Part shown: piece by piece, positions 49,060-56,070 of the stretch | How positions within the stretch are numbered: position 1 is the first letter of the stretch | Layout of the letters: each line of letters opens with the position of its first letter | Assembly: GCA_949283975.1 (NCBI GenBank) | Contig: CASDUK010000001.1 | Span: 218,764-282,763 of the forward strand | Reading direction: 5' to 3' | From: an uncultured Bacillota bacterium | GTDB lineage: Bacteria; Bacillota; Clostridia; Christensenellales; UBA1242 | Length of the DNA stretch: 64,000 bases | Program-made: the position numbers and the translations under genes | Notes under the pieces: model-generated | Database searches by the model: none | What the model was told of the DNA's origin: nothing | What the model saw: only the letters and a program-made list of their open reading frames with translations

Positions 49060-49701
49060 ATGAACGATATATGTGAAAAAAGTCAAAATGAAGAAATGAA
49101 GCAAAAGAAAAAGAAATGGCTTTTGCTATCCTCTCTTTTATTCCTTTCTTTGGTTGTTGTTGCAGCGGCGATTCTAATTCCAATTGCGCTAACACGAGAT
49201 TCCGAAGATAAGTTGAAAGTTGTTGGCCTATATTTTGAAAGGGTTGACGCAAGTTTTGGCTATGATGAAGATGTTTTGTCAACAAATTTAATTGTTGTTT
49301 ATGAAGATAAAACGCAATCAACTGTTAAACTTGTTGATGCAATTAGTGAGGCAGATAAACAACTTTTATCTTCTGTCGGGACTCATAGTGTTACGCTTTC
49401 CTATAGGGGATATTCAAATGAAGTTAGCGTTACAATTGAGCCAAAGGAGTACACTGACGCAGAAATTGAAGCCTTTGACGCGCATTATAAAGAATATTCT
49501 TACAGCAAAGAGGGCTATCCAATAACTCTTCAAAATATTCCTCAAGATGCCAGCGTAATCTACTATGTGAACGATCTTTCCATTTCAGAACCAGAAACTT
49601 ATGTTGTTGTTGAACCGGGGGCATATCCAATAACAGCCGTCATAACACGGGCGGGATATAAAGAATTAACATTAACCTATACAATTAAGATTATTGAATA
49701 A
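49060..49701 (+). CDS. Membrane-anchored protein with Ig-like/beta-rich extracellular domains (hypothetical)
   Basis: A Lys-rich N-terminus and one TM segment (WLLLSSLLFLSLVVVAAAILIPI) are followed by GTHSVTLSYRGYSNEVSVTIEP-type strands. Confidence 0.55.
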   Translation: MNDICEKSQNEEMKQKKKKWLLLSSLLFLSLVVVAAAILIPIALTRDSEDKLKVVGLYFERVDASFGYDEDVLSTNLIVVYEDKTQSTVKLVDAISEADKQLLSSVGTHSVTLSYRGYSNEVSVTIEPKEYTDAEIEAFDAHYKEYSYSKEGYPITLQNIPQDASVIYYVNDLSISEPETYVVVEPGAYPITAVITRAGYKELTLTYTIKIIE

Positions 49702-49729
49702 AAAAGCCGCCAAACATGGCGGTTTTTTT
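49701..49729. terminator. Bidirectional intrinsic terminator
   Basis: AAAAAGCCGCCA-AACA-TGGCGGTTTTTTT lies between convergent genes. Confidence 0.8.
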
Positions 49730-50042
49730 ATATGTAAGTAATTGCTGTCATTGCAACGTAATAAATGATAGGAATTAATATAACGGCGACGGCAGCTGTA
49801 ACCCCAAAAGTAATTCCCCAAGCTTTGATGAAGGTTTTTCTTGCAACTGTTCCTTCTGGATATATGCAAATTCCGATAATCAGGCCAATCACTCCCAAAA
49901 ACAAGCCGAGAAGAACGCCAATTCCCGTCTTTGGTTCGTCATACTCTTGAGATTTTTCTGGTTCCTTTTTAACAGAGCAGCCACAGTTTACGCATACGAG
50001 GGCATCGTCATTAATTTCCTTGCCACACTTTGGACAAAACAT
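49728..50042 (-). CDS. Zinc-ribbon membrane protein
   Basis: MFCPKCGKEINDDALVCVNCG is followed by two TM segments. The start lies after AAGGGAGG. Confidence 0.7.
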   Translation of the reverse strand: MFCPKCGKEINDDALVCVNCGCSVKKEPEKSQEYDEPKTGIGVLLGLFLGVIGLIIGICIYPEGTVARKTFIKAWGITFGVTAAVAVILIPIIYYVAMTAITYI

Positions 50043-50099
50043 CTTTTTTCCTCCCTTGTTAAAAGTAAATAGAAATCTATTCCTGCCCAAATTATATCA

Positions 50100-50141
50100 G
50101 AACAAAATGTTCCATGTCAAATATTTTTGAACAATTTGTTC
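50100..50141. promoter_or_regulatory. Two 13-bp palindromes GAACA-N3-TGTTC, candidate XRE operators
   Basis: GAACAAAATGTTC (50100-12) and GAACAATTTGTTC (50129-41) lie in the divergent intergenic region. Confidence 0.5.
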
Positions 50142-50153
50142 TAAACTATATGT

Positions 50154-50360
50154 GTGAACAAATTTTCAGAAAGAATTAGGGAACTTCGCTTTGAAAAGGG
50201 GCTGTCAAGGAAGCAGCTTGCCCAGGCCCTTTTTATCAGCGAAAGGCTTGTTTCTTATTGGGAAAATAATGAAAGAGAATGCGATTTTGACATGCTTATA
50301 AAAATTGCAAAATTTTTTAATGTCAGTATTGACTATCTTCTTGGAAATTCTAATTATTAA
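50154..50360 (+). CDS. XRE-family helix-turn-helix transcriptional regulator
   Basis: FSERIRELRFEKGLSRKQLAQALFISERLVSYWENNERECDFDMLIKIAKFFNVSIDYLLG matches the XRE family. The start codon is GTG. Confidence 0.8.
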   Translation: MNKFSERIRELRFEKGLSRKQLAQALFISERLVSYWENNERECDFDMLIKIAKFFNVSIDYLLGNSNY

Positions 50361-50400
50361 AAAACCGCCTTAGTAAGGCAGTTTATTTTATTAATAAAAT

Positions 50401-50489
50401 TGGCGGAAAGGGCGGGATTTGAACCCGCGGAGGCTTTTGACCTCACCGGTTTTCGAGACCAGCACATTCGACCACTCTGACACCTTTCC
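50401..50489 (-). tRNA. tRNA-Ser (anticodon CGA)
   Basis: The reverse complement is GGAAAGGTGTCAGAGTGGTCGAATGTGCTGGTCTCGAAAACCGGTGAGGTCAAAAGCCTCCGCGGGTTCAAATCCCGCCCTTTCCGCCA. Confidence 0.9.
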
Positions 50490-50587
50490 AAATCTGAAAG
50501 TTATTTTACATTAATTTGAAGATAAAATCAAGTAAAAACTTTGGTAAATTGATATTAAATTTTTAATATTTGTGTTATACTACTTTT

Positions 50588-51877
50588 ATGAAAAATCTGT
50601 TAAAACTTAATAAATCAATTTTAACCATACTTATCCTTTTGTTAATCTTGCTTTCTTGCTGTTTAATTTTCTCTGCATGTGGAGAGGAACCGGCGTCTCA
50701 GGATGAAAGAAAAGTTCTTTCATCTAACATGATTAAAGAAATTGAAGAGATGTTTTACAACGGAGAAAGCTTAGAGCCAGATGTTGTTTTAATGGACGGC
50801 GAAACCCTTTTAGTTGAGGGGGTTGACTATAAACTTACTTACGCAAATAACATAGAACCGGGAAGGGGAATTGTTTATATAACAGGAATTGGGAAATATC
50901 GCCAAACAGTTCAAGCATATTTTACAATTCTTGCTTCTTTTCAAGAAAAACTTAATTCCATGACTTCTGGGGAAACTTTTTCACTTGGGCAAAATTACAC
51001 GGGAAGTTTAACAATTCCAGAGGGAATAACTGTTAAAATTGAAAGTGGCTGTTTAATCTATTTGGAGGGGCAAACAACGCTTATGGAAGATGCCCAGCTA
51101 ATTAACGAAGGAACGGTTGTTCTAAGAAAAGATGCAACATTAAATTTGGGGCTTGGAACTTTAACAAACAACAATCAAATTACAATTGCGGGGGCTCTTT
51201 TAGAAGGAGAGGGAGGCGCGCTATATAATAACGGAACAATAATTTTAAACGGTGGAGAGATTGACATTTCAAATGCGCTTAAAAACCAAGGAACTTTTTC
51301 CTTAACATTTGGAAGCGTTTTTAATGTTGACAACCTTGAAATGCTTAATTTAGCCCAGCAAATAATTCAGTCCTCGGGTTCTCTATATGACAATACAATT
51401 CGTTTGAATAATAGTTTAGATTTGGATGGGGGAACTCTTTTAATTGGAAGGGCAACAACGCTTGATATGCAAAGCTTTTTGCTTTCTAATGGAACGGTTG
51501 AAAACAGGGGAACAATTTGTGTCCAGTCATATTCGGGCTTAATTAGCGCGCTTGGTTATTGCAAGGGCGAAGGAACGGTTAAACTTTCTGGGGTGTCTCA
51601 AATTTCACTAACAAACATATTAACTGTTCCAGCGGGCGTTACGCTATATTTTGATGAAAACATTTCAATTTCTTCAACAAACCCAGAGCTATATTACCTC
51701 GATGTTCAAGGGGAAATTGTTGGCAAAAATAATGTTCAAATAGAATTGCTTGGAGAAAAAATAATAGTTGGAGCGAAAAATATATTTTATGGTGATGTAA
51801 TGTTTGTTAATGTTCGCGAGGGAATTTATTATTGGAATCAAAGCGCAGAAAAATGGAACTATATTCCCCAGGTTTAA
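50588..51877 (+). CDS. Putative lipoprotein with a Gly/Asn/Thr-rich repetitive beta (beta-helix-like) region
   Basis: The signal peptide plus lipobox is MKNLLKLNKSILTILILLLILLSCCLIFSAC. Degenerate repeats of the type GT..L....L.N.G are present. The listed MCYTTF extension reads through the -10 box. Confidence 0.65.
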   Translation: MKNLLKLNKSILTILILLLILLSCCLIFSACGEEPASQDERKVLSSNMIKEIEEMFYNGESLEPDVVLMDGETLLVEGVDYKLTYANNIEPGRGIVYITGIGKYRQTVQAYFTILASFQEKLNSMTSGETFSLGQNYTGSLTIPEGITVKIESGCLIYLEGQTTLMEDAQLINEGTVVLRKDATLNLGLGTLTNNNQITIAGALLEGEGGALYNNGTIILNGGEIDISNALKNQGTFSLTFGSVFNVDNLEMLNLAQQIIQSSGSLYDNTIRLNNSLDLDGGTLLIGRATTLDMQSFLLSNGTVENRGTICVQSYSGLISALGYCKGEGTVKLSGVSQISLTNILTVPAGVTLYFDENISISSTNPELYYLDVQGEIVGKNNVQIELLGEKIIVGAKNIFYGDVMFVNVREGIYYWNQSAEKWNYIPQV

Positions 51878-51902
51878 AATGGAAGAGAAAAGCAAAAAAT
51901 AG

Positions 51903-52046
51903 TTGGCAAAAGAAAAACTTTTTGGCGGGAAAGACGAAGAGATTTGGGTTTCATTTCTTGACGCTAATGGAAGAACAACAACTCTTCCAAAGGAGCAATT
52001 TCTTGAAATTTCAAAATATCAGCCGTGGAAGATAAAAAAGTTATAA
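51903..52046 (+). CDS. Possible small protein (47 aa) not in the ORF track
   Basis: My translation from the TTG is LAKEKLFGGKDEEIWVSFLDANGRTTTLPKEQFLEISKYQPWKIKKL*. The composition looks protein-like, unlike the overlapping listed ORF 51832..52035. The RBS is weak. Confidence 0.3.
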   Translation: MAKEKLFGGKDEEIWVSFLDANGRTTTLPKEQFLEISKYQPWKIKKL

Positions 52047-52116
52047 AACATTTAAAAAAAGGGCTTTTAAAAAAGCTTTTTTTGTTATATAATATAGCGG
52101 AAAAGTGAGGAAGATT

Positions 52117-52545
52117 ATGAATACAAACAGACTTGGGGTTCTTTGTTGCGTAAAAGAAAAGGACGGAAGTTCAACATATGTTTTTAATGTTTATGAAAAG
52201 CTTGGAGAAAATGAGGAAGGGAAAGAAGTTTTAAAAGAGCTTGGCCAGAACGAAAATAAAAGTTTTGAAGAACTTTTTGGCTGTAATAGGGGAGAGCTTG
52301 ACCTTCTTAAAAAATATGTAACTTGCGGGCTAACAATGATAACTTATCATAACGGAGAAGAGGTTGTTTCAAGCCTTAGATATCTTGGGGCTAACCTTGG
52401 TTGTGGTTTTGGGAAAGATGTTGTTGAAAGCGCAAGAGACTTGGAAAGGTTTATTTCTTCAAACGAAGATGTTTTCGCAAAAAATGTTGGGAAAATTGAG
52501 GCGCTTGGCGCGCTTATTTCATCTTTTGATAATGGAATGGAATAG
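52117..52545 (+). CDS. Hypothetical protein
   Basis: A clean 142-aa ORF starting MNTNRLGVLCCVKEKDG..., with no recognised motif. Confidence 0.5.
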   Translation: MNTNRLGVLCCVKEKDGSSTYVFNVYEKLGENEEGKEVLKELGQNENKSFEELFGCNRGELDLLKKYVTCGLTMITYHNGEEVVSSLRYLGANLGCGFGKDVVESARDLERFISSNEDVFAKNVGKIEALGALISSFDNGME

Positions 52546-52583
52546 AACGATTTGCATTTTTTAATAAAATGTAGTATAATATA

Positions 52584-53185
52584 CTTGCGAAGGTGCAGTA
52601 TTCTAGTCGGGCGAATTTGCTTGGAAGGCGTTAAAAGCGCTAAATGGCACATCGATGAAGTTTCTGGTGTTGGCTTTGGTTGCCCAAACTGGGGCTTATG
52701 CTGGAAGTTAAGATTTTTGGGAGCGCTGTAATGGCATACAGAGGCAAACCCAATTATCGCGGAGACCCATACCGGTGGTTTCGTTAGAGATGGCACTGAT
52801 TGGGGATGAACCTGCATTGCGGTAAAAAAATTGCTGTGTGCAGCGTAGCCAGCCTTGAGTGGGACTGTTGGGATTAAGTTTATTTAAAATGGTTTTGGCC
52901 GAAACTGTTTTAAAGCAAAAAAGCAGACTTATGAAATTCACCCTGCAAAAAAGGATAAGAGCAAAATTCAATCGTTTGAGAAAATCTCTAGACTGTTCGT
53001 TTGCGATTCACTTTGGGGATTATAGTGTGGTCTTAGTGGCGATTCGGTGATGTCCTTCCCTTAAAAGGAAACTGCTTTTACGGCGACGGAAAGTGTGGAA
53101 GGCGGGAAATCCAACCGAACCTATGCTGCAAGGTTTACTTAAAGTGAAGCCTTTGCAAGAAGGTTAGTGATAACCTTCTTTTTTT
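52584..53185 (+). ncRNA. ole: Large structured noncoding RNA, most likely OLE (ornate, large, extremophilic) RNA
   Basis: This ~600-nt region has no credible ORF and is clearly richer in GC than its flanks. A TATAAT box lies at 52575-80. A terminal helix pairs CTTGCGAAGG (52584-93) with CCTTTGCAAG (53150-59), and an internal helix pairs CCTTCC (53053-58) with GGAAGG (53096-101). A terminator AGAAGGTTA-GTGA-TAACCTTCT plus T-run lies at 53158-85. An OapA-like gene and argR follow immediately. Confidence 0.65.
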
Positions 53186-53226
53186 ATGTTGTGATATATT
53201 AAAATTTGTGTTATTATAATATATGT

Positions 53227-53883
53227 ATGGAAGAAAATAACTCAGAAAAAGAAATTGAAATTGAAGCAGAACAGGAAGGTTCTAAGGATTCTAAAGTTAA
53301 AAAGTCAGATTTAAAATCTGCGGCAAGCAAGGCGGTTAAAAAGAAAGCGCAGCCATGGTGGGTTTGGCCAATTAAAATTTTGGTTATAACGCTTTTCCTT
53401 TCGCTTTCGTTTAGCGTTCTTAGCGAACTTTTGATGTCTAATGTTGGAATTGCTGTTTCATTAGTTGTAATTGTTTTCCTTCTTGCTTTGGGAATTGTTT
53501 CAGACATGATTGGAGTTGCAACAACAGCTTGCCAACTTGAGCCCTTTGCTGCAATGCGTTCAAGAAAGGTTAGAGGAGCAAAAGTTGCAATGACGCTTGT
53601 TAAACACGCAGAAAAAGTTTCAAGCATTTGCAACGATGTAATTGGAGATATTTGTGGAATTTTGTCTGGGGCTGCGGGCGCGGCAATAACTGCAAAATTT
53701 ATTGTTGACGGAATGGGTAATTCAATTCAAATTTTAATAGCTGGGGCGGTTAGTGCAACAATTGCTGGGCTAACAATTTTTGGAAAGGCAATTTTTAAAA
53801 AATATGCGCTAGACAACTGCACAAAAATTGTCCTTGGTTTTGGAAAGTGTTTAAGCATATTTTCAAGAAGAGAAAAGAAATAA
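53227..53883 (+). CDS. oapA: OapA-like (OLE-associated) four-TM membrane protein
   Basis: A hydrophilic N-terminus is followed by four TM spans. A basic loop (AAMRSRKVRGAKVAMTLVKHAEK) and the D-x-x-x-D motif (NDVIGDICG) are present. The ATG lies 6 nt after TATAAT with no Shine-Dalgarno sequence. Confidence 0.6.
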   Translation: MEENNSEKEIEIEAEQEGSKDSKVKKSDLKSAASKAVKKKAQPWWVWPIKILVITLFLSLSFSVLSELLMSNVGIAVSLVVIVFLLALGIVSDMIGVATTACQLEPFAAMRSRKVRGAKVAMTLVKHAEKVSSICNDVIGDICGILSGAAGAAITAKFIVDGMGNSIQILIAGAVSATIAGLTIFGKAIFKKYALDNCTKIVLGFGKCLSIFSRREKK

Positions 53884-54047
53884 CAGTTTTATAATTTTTG
53901 GCAGAGGAGCTTTCCCTGCCATTTTTTTTGTGGTAGAACAAGAACATAACTGCCTTAGAAAAGAAAAAAAAGAAATGTATAACGATTTATATTTATAAAT
54001 TCGTTTTGCATGGAAATTCAAATCCTTAATTTTTATAAAAAAACGCG

Positions 54048-54150
54048 TGAATAAATATTCAAAAATCGCTTGCATAATTATAAATTGTATTGTATAATAA
54101 TTCCAAACCTTGATTAAAGGCCTGAATATTTATGAATTTATAAATATTCA
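54048..54150 (+). promoter_or_regulatory. argR promoter with ARG-box operators
   Basis: TGAATAAATATTCA (54048-61) abuts the -35 box TTGCAT (54070-75), and TATAAT (54093-98) follows after 17 nt. TGAATATTTAT-GAATTT-ATAAATATTCA (54123-50) lies downstream. Confidence 0.6.
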
Positions 54151-54250
54151 AAATCGCTACAATGCCCTAAAATAGGCAGGTGTAGCGATTTGCCGGCCGA
54201 GCTAAAGGGGCTTTGCAAAATTGTTGCAAAAGGAGCAAGCGAAAGAAAAA

Positions 54251-54709
54251 ATGGCAAGATCGGTTAGACAATCTAAAATTTTAGAGTTAATCTCAACAAG
54301 AGAAATTGAAACTCAAGACGAACTTGTTGAGTGTTTGCGTGCAGCAAATTTTGATATAACCCAGGCAACAATTTCAAGAGATATTAAGGAGCTTGGCCTG
54401 ATAAAAATCTTAAGCGCAGAAACAGGAAAATATAAATATTCTCTTGTTGACTCTGGCGAGCAGGCTGTTTCGAATAAATACATATCAATTTTTAAAGAAG
54501 CTGTAATTTCAATTAAAACCGCCCAAAACCTTGTTGTTTTAAAAACTATTAGAGCCATGGCCAATTCAATTTGCGGGCTGATTGACAAACTTAATTTAGA
54601 TTCTGTTCTTGGCGCAGTTGCCGGAGATGACACCGTTATGGTAATTCTTCCAACAAACGAGCAAGCTCAAAAGGTTGCAACAACAATTGAGGCTTTAATC
54701 CATTTTTAA
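54251..54709 (+). CDS. argR: Arginine repressor
   Basis: RQSKILELISTREIETQDELVECLRAANFDITQATISRDIKELGLIK...GAVAGDDTVMVI matches ArgR. I moved the start to MARSV. Confidence 0.9.
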   Translation: MARSVRQSKILELISTREIETQDELVECLRAANFDITQATISRDIKELGLIKILSAETGKYKYSLVDSGEQAVSNKYISIFKEAVISIKTAQNLVVLKTIRAMANSICGLIDKLNLDSVLGAVAGDDTVMVILPTNEQAQKVATTIEALIHF

Positions 54710-54761
54710 ACAACTTAAAAAGTTCTTTTTTCTATGACAGGCAAAGTTTTGCATAACAAGA

Positions 54762-54794
54762 AAAACCCACGGGGGCGTGCCCGTGGTCTTTTTT
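54762..54794. terminator. Bidirectional intrinsic terminator
   Basis: CCACGGG-GGCGTG-CCCGTGG is flanked by A5 and T6. Confidence 0.7.
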
Positions 54795-54831
54795 AATCTG
54801 GCTCTTTGGACTTTTTTTAAAGCAACCCAAT

Positions 54832-55863
54832 TTATCTAAGTTTAACCTTTGTTGAGGCGTTTCGGCGAATGTCTTCGTCAATTGCAGCGTAGTGTTTCTT
54901 TGTTGTGTTAACATCTTTGTGGCCAAGAACATCGGCAACAATGTAAATATCTTGGGTTTCGCGGTAGAGGCTTGTTCCATAGGTGCTTCTAAGCTTGTGG
55001 GGTGAAATTTTTTTAAGCGGCGTAACAGCTTGGCTATATTTCTTAACCAAATTTTCAACTGCGCGCGGGGTAATTCTTTTTCTTTGAAGGGACAAAAAGA
55101 GCGCGGGCTCGTCCTTATCCAAAGTTTCAATTTTCTCTCTAACATTTAGCCACTGAATTAGCGCTTCTTTAACTTCATTTGAGAAATATAAAACAACCTC
55201 ATTGCCGCCCTTTCGCGTTATTTTAAAGCTGTTATCTGCTAGATTTAGGTCTGAAACATTTAGGCCAACACATTCGCTAATTCGAATTCCTGTTCCCAAA
55301 AACAGGGTTAACATTGCAACATCTCTTTCCTTTGTTCTTCTGTTGTATGTAATTTCTCTTCTTGTTAGGTTTTCGGGGGCTTCAGCCTCGTCTAAAAGCC
55401 TTGCAACCTCGTCCGGCTCAAGCCTAATAATTTCCTTTTCATGAATTTTTGGCGTTGTAATCTTGGAAACAACATTTGAACTAATCAAATCACTTTTAAA
55501 TAAAAATTTAAACAGGCTTCTAATTGCAGAAAGCTTTCTTGCTTTGCCTTTTTCCTTGTTTATATGAACCTTTCCGTCCCTTTCAAAATATGAAACATAG
55601 CTTAAAAAGCGCTCTATATCCCTTGATTTTATTAAGTCCAAATCTGAAAGGGTGATTTCCTTTGGAGGTTTTGAAAGATTGTTCGCAAGATATGTAAAGA
55701 AAAGCTTCAAATCTGCAAGATAATTAACCCTAGTAAGCGAAGAGGTGTTGTTTTCAATTGAGATTATAAAATCTTGAACATATCCAGGGAAAAAGGAAAG
55801 TTCTTGCATGATTTTTTTCTGATTTTTTAAATCCATTTCTGTGTGATAATTGACTTTGGCCAT
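54832..55863 (-). CDS. Tyrosine site-specific recombinase (XerC/XerD family)
   Basis: A SAM-like N-domain is followed by the catalytic residues in GIRISEC, HKLRSTYGT, and LGHKDVNTTKKHY. Confidence 0.8.
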   Translation of the reverse strand: MAKVNYHTEMDLKNQKKIMQELSFFPGYVQDFIISIENNTSSLTRVNYLADLKLFFTYLANNLSKPPKEITLSDLDLIKSRDIERFLSYVSYFERDGKVHINKEKGKARKLSAIRSLFKFLFKSDLISSNVVSKITTPKIHEKEIIRLEPDEVARLLDEAEAPENLTRREITYNRRTKERDVAMLTLFLGTGIRISECVGLNVSDLNLADNSFKITRKGGNEVVLYFSNEVKEALIQWLNVREKIETLDKDEPALFLSLQRKRITPRAVENLVKKYSQAVTPLKKISPHKLRSTYGTSLYRETQDIYIVADVLGHKDVNTTKKHYAAIDEDIRRNASTKVKLR

Positions 55864-56012
55864 ATGTTTATTATCTATTAAAATGTCTCAAAAGTCAAAT
55901 AAATAATTAAAAAATATGCATAGCACTTGCATAATACGCTTAATATTGTGTATTATGCATGCATAGTATTACTTTTCTTGCAAAATACATTTAAGATTGT
56001 TTTTTAATGCAT

Positions 56013-56041
56013 TTGCAAAAATGGTTGAATATGGTTATAAT
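56013..56041 (+). promoter_or_regulatory. SigA promoter of serS
   Basis: TTGCAA-17 nt-TATAAT. Confidence 0.55.
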
Positions 56042-56070
56042 ATTGTTATCAACTTTAAAGGAGCAAAAGA

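Noticed and set aside
51832-52035. Listed 67-aa ORF.
   Set aside because: It is extremely basic, it overlaps the end of the lipoprotein gene, and a different frame gives a more protein-like product.
52347-53050. Listed ORFs 52347..52817 (-), 52708..52971 (-) and 52859..53050 (+).
   Set aside because: They overlap each other, lack RBSs, have odd composition, and lie in the region better explained as a structured RNA (putative OLE).
52575-53185. Alternative identities for the large RNA, namely RNase P RNA or tmRNA.
   Set aside because: No GGAAAGTCC-type P4 element is present. There is no tRNA-like 3' end (GGTTCGAATCC...CCA), and no tag-peptide reading frame was seen. The downstream OapA-like gene favours OLE. 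A covariance-model search is still needed.
54832-55863. The tyrosine recombinase as a marker of a prophage or integrative element.
   Set aside because: No phage, IS or conjugation genes, no flanking direct repeats, and no adjacent tRNA target are present. The neighbours are argR and serS. It is more likely a chromosomal Xer-type recombinase.
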